Translations under genes and position numbers: made by a program | The notes under the pieces: model-generated | The model's input: only the letters and a program-made list of their open reading frames with translations | Database searches by the model: none | Told to the model about the DNA's origin: nothing | In this document: positions 1-12,160 of the stretch, in pieces | Layout: every line of letters begins with the position of its first letter | How positions within the stretch are numbered: the stretch's first letter is position 1 | Origin: Octopus sinensis | Taxonomy: Eukaryota | Length of the DNA: 64,000 nucleotides | NCBI RefSeq assembly: GCF_006345805.1 | Contig: NC_042999.1 | Coordinates: 142,228,001-142,292,000 of the forward strand | Direction of reading: 5' to 3'

Positions 1-18
1 TGTTCTCACATACCGGAC

Positions 19-780
19 ACGAATTTTTTCTCACGAGAGTTCCGGACCCCAGTTATGAACTCATTTGCATACAACCAATCAGAGCTCACCTTGAACTTGT
101 CAAATTAACAAACACACTCTACCAAGTAAACTCGACGAAAAACAGTATTGTAAGTCGACCGATCGCCAAGTTATGCTTGATTTTAGGAGACAAGTATTGG
201 GTTGGTGCATAATTATTGCAGCTTTTTTTCAGCATAATTTATTCAATAAAATCAATAACAATATTTAACAAAAACATCTTTAAATGACGGTCTGACCGTC
301 TGCCAAGCAAATGGGAAACAGTAACTGAAGTAGATGGTGAATATGCTCTGGAATAATCATTTAAAGATGCTTTTGTTACATGTTATTATTGTTTTTGTTG
401 AAAAAAAAAGCCTCAATAATTATGCGCCAACCCAATAATTAGATAGATTTGCATTTACACTTATTATCGGGTTTTGTTAGGGCCCCATGTGGTAAAATGA
501 GGGTAGAGGGTGATGTGCTAGCAACCCTCTCCCTTTACTGTTTAACAAAGTAAACAACACAAATAACTACGCAGAGGTAGCTATGGTTGAAACAAGAACA
601 AGAACAACAAGCATTATTAACAGAGAAAAGATGCGTGGTCATTCCTTACCCAAGTAAGCTTATCTTATCGCCCATCACTTGTTATGCGCACATAAATTAA
701 TTTGATAGTTGAGCTCAAATTGGCTGCATGCAAATGAGCTCATAACTGGGATCCCGAACTCTCGTGGGAAAAAAATTCGC
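19..780. mobile_element. MULE/Mutator-like non-autonomous DNA transposon (MITE) with ~70-bp TIRs and 9-bp TSD
   Basis: Left end CGAATTTTTTTCTCACGAGAGTTCCGGACCCCAGTTATGAACTCATTTGCATACAACCAATCAGAGCTCA (20-~88) is an imperfect inverted repeat of ~711-779. ATACCGGAC is duplicated at 10-18 and 781-789. Long TIRs with a 9-bp TSD are the Mutator signature. Confidence 0.75.
197..435. mobile_element. Tc1/mariner-type MITE nested in the MULE-like element
   Basis: TIRs TTGGGTTGGTGCATAATTATTG / CAATAATTATGCGCCAACCCAA, flanked by TA at 195-196 and 436-437. Confidence 0.85.
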
Positions 781-1167
781 ATACCGGACGATATCTCTGC
801 TCAGCACACAGACCGCATCTAGAAAAGTCACCTGACTGATTGGAATAAAATAACTCACTGACACGCCCCAGTCTTTGGTCCACATCAGCGATATCTCTTT
901 ACTTTCCTACTGCTAATTGCCTCAGCTCCTTGGAGCTGATCGGGCTAATTTTACCTCCACCTAGTTATTCCGTATTATTCGTCTCTCCGCCCACAATCCA
1001 GACCTGCACTAATCCCTAAGCCCAATCCTTCCCTCTCAGGCTGTCGGCCCTCGAGAATTCCCTTCCTGACAAGGTCTTTTCAGTAGGTATTGACTAATAA
1101 AGATTCAAGAGAAACATTAATGGTGACAGTCTCACCGCTCTAGGAAGGATTTCGAAGGCTACGGACA

Positions 1168-1285
1168 GTATGTATGAATGTATGTATGTATGTATGTATG
1201 TATGTATGTATGTATGTATTATGTATGTGTGTGTTTGTGTGTGTACGTGTGTGTGTGCATAGTTGTCTGTGTGTGCGTGCGTGCT

Positions 1286-1316
<31 letters not shown>

Positions 1317-1380
1317 TCATGTACATGTGCGGGTGTGGGGGGATGTACGTGCATGCATGCGCGCATGTTTATGTATGTAT
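1168..1380. repeat. Compound (TATG)n/(TG)n microsatellite
   Basis: Directly visible; source of the MYVC/HTHT ORFs. Confidence 0.95.
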
Positions 1381-2009
1381 ATCTGAGGTCACAAATAGAA
1401 AAGCGAACCTGTGACGCAAAGTTTTGTTCAGAGATGCTTTACTAACAGCCAGGAAAAGGCATAAATATCACAAACTCCAGTTTTTCCTGTCCCTTGAAAT
1501 CAGTCGTACAGATCATCCTGATCAGTCTATTCACCCAATATTGCATGGCGTAAGTATCCATTCTGTTGTGTCTTTGAGTCAAACGAAATCAGCATGATTA
1601 TTTATTCAAGATACGATTGCACTCGAACGTATGGAAACAATATATCAGTCTATAGATTTCTGCATTCTTCATTGACATGCCGCCGGGAAACAAAACGTGT
1701 TTCGAGGTCCTTGAGTTTTGGTGTCATTATTGATCTTCCATACATATAAATTGATCATTTTGATTATCAATTCAACCCGATATTCAGTTGCTAATTATCT
1801 AAATTATTAGGTAGCGACAAATAGTCGATATTTTATGAGATAAACAATAGAAACAGAAAGTCAGTGTATTGCATTGTAACAGCGCAGAATTAGTGAAATA
1901 ATGATAATTAATTCTCATTGGTATGTTTCACCAGAATATTCAACAACATCTGCTATACAGAGTAAATTGTGTCAATTTATGCTGCACGTGTGTATACACG
2001 CACATATAC

Positions 2010-2055
2010 GTACGTACATACATACATACATACATACATACATACATACATACAT

Positions 2056-2086
<31 letters not shown>

Positions 2087-2102
2087 TACACACACACACA
2101 TA
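2010..2102. repeat. (CATA)n/(CA)n microsatellite
   Basis: Directly visible. Confidence 0.95.
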
Positions 2103-3338
2103 CACGAGGAGTGATCATTAAAGATTTCCCTTGATTCGCTTCTCATGGACTGGGATGCATAAAATTTGGCATAGTTATCAGTCCTTCTCTACAGAGCTAC
2201 CACCAGTTGTGACACACTTCTCCTATCGCTTTATGCAGCTGTGAAGACTTCGTCTGTAGAAGTTGGTAAGTTGCGTTTGGAGCCAAGACTGTTACCTTGG
2301 AAATAAATTCATCACCCGAAAAGTGCTTCCCCTTCAAAAAAGACTTCATGGTTGGAAAGATGTGGAAGCCTGATGGTGCAAGGTTGGGAGAGGAAGGGGA
2401 TGAGGAAGGATTTCATAGCCGCTGTGTGTGCTTTAGAGGAGGCAGACTCCTTTGGTCAGCATGCCGTGCCTCTCTGCTTTGATGGCGCCCTGCAAGTTCT
2501 GCAGCAGAGAAGCATAATATGCCCCGTTGATTGTGGTGCCCTTTGCCAGATGATCCACCATCACTACTCCACGCTGGTCCCAAAAGACTGAGTATCATCT
2601 TCCTGCTGAGGGTTGGACACGAGCCTACCTCGGAGGTGGTGAGTTAACATATTTCCGTTGCATCGACTGGACTTTAGTTTCAGGATCATAGTGATGGACC
2701 CATGTTTCATCCTGTGTGATAAGTCTGCCGAAAAGTCCTCCTCATTTTCTCGGCACATTGCCAAAAGAACCTGGGAGCAATTGACTTGTTCCTGCTTCTG
2801 AAAAGATGTGAGCATCCGGGGAATCCATCGTGCAGACAACTTTCGCATAGCCAAATCGTCGTGAATGCTTTTTTTTTCCCACAGACCCTACACTTATCTT
2901 CACTTCTTGGGCTAGTTGTCGAATGCGACGATCCTCCAAAATGGCAGCTTCAACTTTATGGGTGGTGTCCTCATCAATGGCAGAACGTGGTCGTCCAGGG
3001 ATAGGAGCAGTTTCCATCGATGTCCGAGCACGTTTAAACTGGTGAAGCCAGTGCTTGACTACGTTGTATGATGGTACATCGTCACCATAAACTTCTTTCA
3101 TCTCATCGAAAGTCTCTGGTGTACGACCTTTCATGTATAAGAAACTGATTACTGATCTGCATTCAACTACCTCCGTTAGTCCATTTCAGCAGCCATAAAA
3201 GACAAACAAAAACTAGTGGAAAGCTGCAATTTACAATGTGACATGTAGAGACGTATATGCTTATACCTGTACAAGTTCCATTTCTTCGAATAACCGGAAG
3301 TGGGTCAGAAGGAATCTTTAAAGAACATCCCCCGCGTG
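2103..3338 (-). mobile_element. Degenerate near-full-length mariner (DD34D-type) transposon; transposase broken by frameshifts
   Basis: Minus-strand fragments: ETFDEMKEVYGDDVPSY..GRP (HTH region), KLSARWIPRMLT (WVPHEL-like motif), and SPNLAPSGFHIFPTMKSFLKGKHF at ~2300-2410 (YSPDLAPSD motif with D>G). Imperfect TIRs CACGAGGAGTGATCATTAAAGATT / AATCTTTAAAGAACATCCCCCGCGTG. Confidence 0.9.
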
Positions 3339-3340
3339 TG

Positions 3341-3393
<53 letters not shown>

Positions 3394-3412
3394 TGTGTGT
3401 GTGTGTGTGTAT
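3339..3412. repeat. (TA)n(TG)n microsatellite
   Basis: Directly visible. Confidence 0.95.
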
Positions 3413-3804
3413 ACAGATAGAGAGTGAGAGGGAGAAGAAAGAGAGTAAGAGAGATAAAAACAGTTAATCTTGAGACATGTATTTACATGAACCAGAAAAT
3501 ACAGTTTATAATATATGTATGTATATTGAATATTAAACGGTGGACGACATCAAAGACATTAGTAGGCGAAGTCGTCTTAATATTCGATTAAAAACTCGAT
3601 ATCATGAAACTCTGAGTAACGCGATAGATTAATAAGCCTTACTGTGAGTACTTCTGTCCTTTAATATATGGAGCTTACTTCATGTGTTATATGTATGTTT
3701 GAGCGTGAGTGGATGTGTATTTATTTATGTATGCATATAAATACACACACATATATTTATATATGTTTATTCATGTATGTATGCATGTAGATATATAGAT
3801 AGAT

Positions 3805-3886
3805 AGGTAAGCAGGTAGGTAGGTAGGTAGGTAGGTAGGTAGGTAGGTAGGTAGGTAGGTAGGTAGGTAGGTAGGTAGGTAGGTAA
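3805..3886. repeat. (TAGG)n microsatellite
   Basis: Directly visible. Confidence 0.95.
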
Positions 3887-4169
3887 GTATGCATGCATGC
3901 ATGTATAGCAAGTGATAAGGGATCCGATAATCCAGGCTTTTGCCTCAGGAAGCATTCACGTATTACATTCGTTCGTTCGGTTATAATTAAATGACTGCAG
4001 AGACTATCATATAATAGACATTACATGGAGAGCATGACTATATCATTTTTCTCACCCGTGTTCGATTGGCCATTTGCATGTTGTTGAAACAATTGTAAAC
4101 GATGTAACATATGTTGTGGCAGCAACTTCAAAACTTCGTAAATGCATTAAGGGGTAAATATATAAATAT

Positions 4170-4302
4170 TGGATGCATAAACTTAGTGTAGCAATTAACG
4201 ACTTAAGCATGTGACATTATGAGAACCTAGGGTCTCGAGATACAGAGATATATGCTTATATGACCATTATAATTGGAGTAGGGTGTCTGGGCCCGAAGTA
4301 TG
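4170..4302 (+). repeat. Interspersed ~130-bp repeat, copy 1 (near-identical to 17237-17366)
   Basis: TGGATGCATAAACTTAGTGTAGC...GGGCCCGAAGTATG matches copy 2 apart from a 3-bp indel. Confidence 0.9.
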
Positions 4303-5040
4303 TAATGTGGGTGTTTTATCGAAAAGTTTGGAGAATAGAATCCAGACTACAACTATGGCTTGTAGCTAAAAAACACATAATACAGAATATAGGGTATGGG
4401 TTGTAGATGTATGGCGAATTTAGAATCAGTGGGCCCGTGAATGAGGTCATTATCAATAAGTTTTTCGGGTACGAAAGCATGTTTTTGGTTAGGTTACATG
4501 AACCTACTTCTTACCGGAAGGTCGGTCCAGATTTTTAGTTATCAATTGGTCTTGTGGTTACTCAGAGTTTCGCTTTTACTGTTGTTCAAGTAACAGATTA
4601 CTATACATAAGAAAAGAATGTCTTATAACATAAATATATAAATAATCCTGATAAGTTGTGGTGCACCTGAGCACTGTATACAATAATTTCATTATTATAT
4701 TATTATAATCAATTATTTGTGATGACATACAATAATGTGCATATGTATACATATGAAGCAAAGCAAATGAACAATAAAGGGAAATTGATTTAAAATGAAT
4801 AAAGAGGAGAGGAGGAGTAGGGATGTGTATATGTAACGAAGTGTCCTTGATTGTAGTTGCACATGTCGTTTGGTACATGTTAAGTGCACGCGTTTTTACA
4901 CTCATTCATGAGTCTGTAGCATGATTGTGATGATGTAATAATATTATTCAGTGATATCGAAATCTAACAATTCATGTGCCAATCAATCCAATGCTTGGTG
5001 ACCATAGACATATTCATATACATACAAACATACAAAGATA

Positions 5041-5385
5041 TATGAATGTATGTATGTACGTATGTATGTATGTATGTATGTATGTATGTATGTATGTATG
5101 TATGTATGTATGTATGTATGTGTGCGTGTATGTATGTATGTATGTATGTATGCATGTATGTATGCATGTATGTATGTGTGTGTGTGTATGTATGTATGTA
5201 CGAATGTATGTTTGTATGCATGTATGCATATATGTATGTATGCATGTGTGCATACATGTATGTGTGTGTTTATATTGAGAGAGAGAGGACGAGAGAGAAA
5301 GTGAATGTGAACTTTTTATATACTACACACACACACACACACGCGCACGCACACATACACACATACGCACACACACACACGTGTA
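5041..5385. repeat. Compound (TATG)n/(GA)n/(CA)n microsatellite
   Basis: Directly visible. Confidence 0.95.
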
Positions 5386-6250
5386 TACATATTGTCACCA
5401 AACCAGAATTGATGGTGAGGTATTGATTAAAAAATACCAACATTTATGCATAGAATGTATGCATGTGTGTGTTTGTGTGTGTGTGCGCGCGCGCACGTGC
5501 GGATACACAGTGAATGGTTAAGAAGTTCGCAGCGCAATCATGGGGTCTCAGACTGAATGCCATGCATGACATCTTAAACAAATAGCTTTTAATCTAGCCG
5601 AAGACCGACGAGATCCTTGTAGGTGAATTCAGAGGAGGAATACTGTTCGAAAAACCGTCGGATGGATTGTACCTGTAATTTAAACATCCAACCATATCAC
5701 ACCTGAGGGTAGCGTTAAGAATGCACGTGATTACGGAATACTCAGCCAGCTATACGTTAACTCAATGACCAGATAGTTCAGGTGTATTGCAGAATTGTAG
5801 ATTTAATGTTGCTGTGGGTCAGATATCATCGAAAACAAATCAGATCTTAAATACAGCAAAATCTTCCGCAATTTGTGGCCGCATGTATCATCATTCGCTT
5901 TTCTGAAGGGATGATAGCTATTAATGTACTGATTTAACACAAACTTAGGCCAGTGTTAATTGTGATATTTAGGTTTGTGATTATTGGGATTTTGTATCTA
6001 ATGTGATTTTCTTTGAAGGAGTCGAGGCGGTCTGATGAATATTTGGGGTTTAAATTACATGGTTCAGATCCCTCGTTCCAACTAATTACCCTAAAAGCAT
6101 TACCTTTTTACTTCAACGCGGATTATGGTATTCCACGCAACCATGACAAGTAAGTAAATGGAAGTGTTATCGATATTCATTCGCTAACTCAATGACTCTT
6201 ACAATATTTTAATATATTTAATATATCCATTTAATATATTTAATATACCC

Positions 6251-6608
6251 GGGTTCTGTCCCATTGCGTGGCACCTTGGGCAAGTGTCTTCTAAAATAGC
6301 CTCGGGCCGACCAAAGCCTTGTGAGAGGATTTAGTAGACGGAAACTGAAAGAAGCATGTCGTATATATGTATATGTATATATATGTGTGTGTGTGTGTGT
6401 TTGTGTGTCTGTGTTTGTCCCCCAACATTGCTTGACAACCGATGCTAGTGTGTTTACATTCCCTTAACCTAGCGGTTCGGCAAAAGAGACCGATAGAATA
6501 AGTACTAGGCTTAGAAAGAATAAGTCCTGGGGTCGATTTGCTCGACTAAAGGTGCTGCTCCAACATGGCCGCAGTCAAATGACTGAAACAAGTAAAAGAG
6601 TAAAAGAG
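6251..6608 (+). mobile_element. tRNA-derived SINE, family A (~400 bp), 5'-truncated copy
   Basis: Colinear with copies at 54445-54776 and 59276-59674 (GCACCTTGGGCAAGTGTCTTCT core, internal (TA)/(TG) tract, AAATGACTGAAACAAGTAAAAGAG tail). Confidence 0.85.
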
Positions 6609-6709
6609 TATATCACTTTACACAAAACTCAATATCAGTGCTAAACTCACCATCTTTAAGATAGTGTGTTCGCGGTAATATGTGTGTATGTCTGTGTTTG
6701 CCATTTATT

Positions 6710-6772
<63 letters not shown>

Positions 6773-7993
6773 CATTCATACAAGATAGTTGAAGGAATAA
6801 AGGAGACAATATCTTACAAACTGAAATGGAATTTGCTTCCCTTTTTTTAGAGGTCAATTTATGTGCTTTAAAGATCTCATAACTTAACCAAGTATAATAC
6901 ATTGATATTTAATATATGCACATAGTTCTTCTATCTTCCTCTTCTATTCTTTAGTTTTATTTTTTTCTCTCTCTCATTTCCTTTTTCACCTTCTACCGCC
7001 GCCACACCTATCATCATTTCTTTCTTTTGGCTCACTTTCTTGGCTAATCTTATGAAAGACGAAGTCGGGGTAAAAAGAAAAAATGCATTTATGTACGTGC
7101 AGTGAATAATCGAATTTTCTTCAAAGACGATAACATCTAAATGTAATTCATTTTTACCAAAATAATTTACATCAAATGCAGACACACGAACAATTTATTC
7201 ATACTTATTAATGCTAAATACTGTACTTAGTAACCAATTACTGTTCTATAGAATACTAAAACCTATTGCATTGTGGACTAACAGACAGGCATGCAGACAG
7301 ACAGACAAACATAGGAAAAATAATGGGTCAATAGATTGTTTGAAAGAACCGGATTGATGGGTTGATAGATGCATCATTATATTATATAACTAGTTTAATA
7401 CGTATTTTATACCTCTAGAAATTAGGTAACCGCCATCAACGTTTTCGAAGAATTCTCCTTTTCATTTTTCGTCGACAGAAATCGATTTTTGTCTATAAAT
7501 AGTCACATTCTCAATATCCTTCAGTTGTTTGTGTTTCCCAACTAATGTTCCATCAATACCAGCTTATTGATTTACTCTGATCGTATTGCCAGTTTTGATT
7601 CTCCTACTTCCTAGCTTTCTACCGACCTTCACGCTGTTGCCGTCAAAGTAGGAGCTTACACGCGATAGCTCGACCTGCTAGAAATACTAGCCAAATCTCA
7701 TTCGAATAATGCACAGCCGTCTTTATACAAGAGAATGCTTTTCATAGTGTATGTCTGAAAAAAGATGGGATAGTCACTGATGGAACGTCTTGGATTACAG
7801 GTTTGCTCGCTTAAGGCCATCTTTGGGTTCAACAATAACAATGACAAGAACGGTAACAACAGCAGCAGTACCACAACCAAGAAATATTAACAATAACAGC
7901 AACTGCAATGCTGCTACAATTGTTTACTATCTGTTATTTTAATGTCCGGAGTAATTTACCATATTGTGTCGTGTATTTCTTTTCGTCATCAGC

Positions 7994-8035
<42 letters not shown>

Positions 8036-8345
8036 ACACACACACACACATATATATACATACATATATACATAAAGTGTCTAACACGTGTACAAACGTT
8101 TGGAAACCAATAAATGTTAATCTATTCATTAAAAAACATTTATACAAGTGTTACACGCTTTGTAAATTACTGTATCGCACACTACATTCAAATCGGTGAC
8201 GAACCAGATTCTAAAGTCAAGGGGAGAGATATAAAAATAGTCTTAAATTAAGGATGGTAAATTCCTTAATTCCTGTTTAACACTAACCTAATTAATCTGT
8301 ACATTATTTACATTTGACGGATATTTGTCCTCATCTTGTTTGTTA

Positions 8346-8390
8346 ACACAACATTTCGGTTGATGTACTCTCCAGCCTTCATCAGGAATT
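8346..8390 (-). ncRNA. Degenerate minimal hammerhead-ribozyme-like motif (Penelope-like element type)
   Basis: Minus strand reads CTGATGA-A-GGCTG-GAGAGTACAT-CAACC-GAAA-TGTTGTG. Core CUGAUGA/GAAA is present, stem II has one mismatch and stem I is not intact. Confidence 0.5.
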
Positions 8391-8441
8391 TCGAACCTGG
8401 GTTCTCATTCCTAAAGTATTTTTCCGATGTCATCATCATCA

Positions 8442-8478
<37 letters not shown>

Positions 8479-8479
8479 G

Positions 8480-8620
8480 GCAGGTCACTGCCTGGAATCG
8501 AACTCGGAATCTTGGGGTTAATAGCCCCGAGCTCTTAACCACTACGCCATATGCGTAGTGGTTAAGAGCGCGGGGCTATTAACCCCAAAATTCCGAGTTC
8601 GATTCCAGGCAGTGACCTGC
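8480..8620. repeat. Palindrome of two head-to-head tRNA-like (A box/B box) SINE heads
   Basis: Arms 8480-8547 and 8553-8620 are reverse complements with 2 mismatches. Each arm has (G)GCGTAGTGG (A box), a GGGG-CTATTAA-CCCC stem-loop and GAGTTCGATTCC (B box). Flanked by (ATT)n and (ATA)n. Confidence 0.9.
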
Positions 8621-8885
8621 ATAATAATAATTACAACCGTATATTACTAACTGTAAATAACACACACACACACGCACACACGCACACAACACACACACAT
8701 ACATAAAATTCAAATAAGTTATTATTATGTACACCCTCGTACTTGTAGTTTAACAAATTGGGGCGACCGTTTTTCTAAATGCATTTGCTACATTCTCCTT
8801 GCTTGTTTACATATAGAGAGAGGTGCGTGGTTTTGGAGAATTTGAACTCTTCTTTCAATTATACAGGTACATATTGTACCCTGAC

Positions 8886-8930
<45 letters not shown>

Positions 8931-9324
8931 CTGATCATTGTTAAAGGCAAGAGGCACTTCTGGATACATGTTTCGGTCAGTTAGATCTCATTAGTATAGT
9001 GTAGACTTACAGTCTCACCTTGCCAGCAGATAGAAAGTTATACTACAATTAGGTATATTTTAGCCAGAGTTGATTTGCATCAAAATTAAAAGAGCGATAA
9101 AAACAATTACTCGAAGACATTAGGCGTAAACTTGGATAATGAAGTTAAACAGTAATGTACGATATTCAGTACCCTAAGAGGTAATACTTATTTCCACCTA
9201 AACGCGGATGTTCTGTTAAAACAAACATTATTGCGGTAAATGCCATAAAGGCTTTTGGTGTAAAATGAGCACTCGTTTACATCACTAGCGGGTAGATAAC
9301 TTCCCACCAACTGCAGCGCCGAGA

Positions 9325-9371
9325 TCTCCAAATCACGTGATTTCGACCTTCCTTGGTCTCATCGGTGATGG
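9325..9371 (-). ncRNA. Type I hammerhead-ribozyme-like motif
   Basis: Minus strand reads CATCA-CCGATGA-GACC-AAGGAA-GGTC-GAAA-TC-ACGT-GA-TT-TGG. Stem II is perfect, stem III is palindromic, stem I is short, and there is a U4C core variant. Confidence 0.5.
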
Positions 9372-9451
9372 ACGCTCGTCCGCTAGATATGGCAGCAACT
9401 CATCTCCCCGCAAACGATATATAGAAAATCAATGCCTGAACAAGCACTGTA

Positions 9452-9713
9452 GTCGCGATTGGCCAGTAAGCTTGTTAAAAATATATATATTAGCGACAGC
9501 GGCAGTATTGATATCGAGAGGTAATATTTATTTCCACTTAAATGGGGATGTTCTGTAAGAACAAACTTCACTGGGGTAAATTGCATGAGAGAAACTCTCA
9601 TATAGGCTTTAATAGAACATTCACGTTTAAGAGAGAACAAATATTCTCTCCGTGTTAATACCGCCTCTGTCACTGATATGTCTTATTTAACAAGCTCACT
9701 GGCTAATCGCGAC
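9452..9713. mobile_element. Foldback/MITE-like element with ~75-bp imperfect inverted repeats
   Basis: GTCGCGATTGGCCAGTAAGCTTGTTAAA.. (9452-~9530) is inverted at ~9640-9713. A diverged partial copy of the interior lies at ~9175-9275. Confidence 0.6.
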
Positions 9714-11987
9714 ACCTGTCGCCTCTATTGCTAATATATATTTTTCAATGCACTAAGCTTTAACTTTTATTATCTAAATTCATGCGAATGGCCTCCTTGA
9801 GTGTCTAGCAACTTTCTTGGTACCTTTCTCCACTTTTCAGGCTATGCTTGATTCAGGGCTACAGCCTTGCCAAAAAGACGAACGGTGATGTAGTATGATT
9901 ATTAAATAAGGATCACGCCTGCACACCAATCAGGAAGCTTACGTCGCAATTGGAATCTCAGTGCATAGTTAGGTGACATTTGTCAGCTGTGACCACATCG
10001 GAGAGAATATTGGCAGTAGGTAGCATTTCAGACTAGGGGATTTTATCACTTCCTGCAGAAGCGAACCCACACACTTCCTATCTGTTCAATAGTCATTAGA
10101 AACGGTAGTACATCACCGAAGTGAAGTAGGTGTTCGTCACTTTCAAATTAAACACTGCGCGGCATTACATCAATGTTCCCATCCGCCAAGTGGTTTGGAC
10201 TGAACCCAAATCCGAGCGCTTTAAGTATAACATTAAGAGCATGGACAAACACTGGGTAATTTTGTGATTAATCTGGTCTCCTATTACCATTTCATATCCT
10301 TCCAGTTTGGTCCAGATCCCCTGTCTATTAGCAGAAGGTTGCCTTCGGCGCCGCTCAGTATTTTTAATTAGGATATTCAACCCTCTAATTACTTTGTTCA
10401 TCTGTTGTAAGAAGCAAAGGGAACGTCTGCGTCGTAAGGCTGTTCAACTCTTCTTATAACTATTGTAGCATAGGAGAGTTACAATAGACTGTGTTTCATG
10501 CAGCATCTTTAGTTGTGTGCTTATCACAACTAGTTTTGATACTGAAAGACTAGAAGTTGTATAATTGTAACAGATGGTGTTAGAGAAACAAAAGAAAATA
10601 TATAAAACAAAAGACTAAAAATTTTTTTTCTTCTTTTTTTATATTTTGCGAATATGAAATTCAGTAGAAAATCTGGCAAGAGATATAATTATCGCGCTGA
10701 AACGTAAGAAGAAAATGCTTGAGGAAAAGCCAGATAAACTGTATAGAACAAAAAGTAAACTGATTCCAAAACTAGGCAAAGGAGAGACGTTAGCAAACGA
10801 ATTAGTTTATCAAGAATGTTAACTTTCTCCAAAGAGCTGTTTCGTTATTTTATTTGGCGTATTCCTTTAACCTTCGCCTACTAGAAGACAGATTTGTTTA
10901 ACATCCAGGTTCAAAATAGCAATAAACTAGTAATCGCGTAGGTTTTCGTATCATAGCTGAAACGATTTATCACCCTGTGTGCTAGAAATATCAAGTTAGG
11001 CTTGCCCAAAGTTATAACTTACTTTTACCTTCTCGGAAGATTTAGTTCATCTCTTAATCAGCGAGCATCGGAGAGAAGTTTAGCTCCTAAAGAAACAACT
11101 GCAATCCAGTTTCACTTCAAAGTTATAACCATTACATGTCTTTAATGCACCATGGGAAAGTATATCCGTACTAACATCTTCCCTTGAAAATATTATAATT
11201 GATTTGCTACTGACAAACTCTTTTGGTTGAGAAAAGTGATGCAATTACTTTTAATTACGTTTGCATGCGATAAATAAATGATTGATTAACTAATCCTAAT
11301 CGTTTTATAATGCTTTAATGTCATATCTCCTCACATGTAATCTGTTTTTTTTTTTTTGTTTTTATGGCTTAATCAGAGAAAGCAAAGCAACGCTCTTGAC
11401 CTTTCTTTTTTTAGGGTCTCAGAGGTTGATGAGAGAAGGGATAAGTTATCTTCTGATTGAAAAACCTGCGCGACTGCTTGCAACAGAGGGGACTCCATTT
11501 AAGGCCAAGTAGTGGTATTAAAACTAAGCAACGGATTAAGCCTACTACTAAACAACAATTGTTAGATCTGGAGGTGAAGAAGATAGCGATAAATATGTTG
11601 GTTCATAAAAGACGAGAAACAAGAAAAATAACGAGAGACGTTTAAAATGATTTCATTTAAATATAAAGTATAAAAATATCTAAAATGATTTCATTCAAAT
11701 ATAAATCGTAAAATGTTGTCTCAAAACGGTTAGCTAGTAGTAGTAATATTCCACGAAAACGATCAAATAGCAATGTAGTCGGTGAGTGCACTGTTTAACA
11801 GATGAATATTTTATTAGCTTGCAATGTTGAATTGAAGTCCTCATGTAAGTAAACATTACTCATAATAGATTGGTGTTCCTCTCTGGTTCGCAATCGCCTT
11901 TTACTTATTTACGGTACAATGGAGGTTACATAAAAAATTAATAGCGCATTTACAAGGAAAATGACAAAAAATAAACGAAAACAAAGG

Positions 11988-11988
11988 T

Positions 11989-12066
<78 letters not shown>

Positions 12067-12075
12067 ATATATATA

Positions 12076-12159
<84 letters not shown>

Positions 12160-12160
12160 A
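11988..12160. repeat. (TA)n/(TG)n microsatellite
   Basis: Directly visible. Confidence 0.95.

Noticed and set aside
1094-5426. Many ORFs of the MYVCMYV/HTHTHT type (also at 11961-12209, 18801-19013, 22859-23291, 47748-48016)
   Set aside because: Translations of microsatellites, with no domain content or splice context.
8480-8620. Functional tRNA-Asn genes
   Set aside because: Each arm lacks the 5' acceptor strand, the T-stem is poor, and the arms end in (TAA)n tails. These are SINE-type heads. The same applies to the heads at 16988, 21107, 54445 and 59276.
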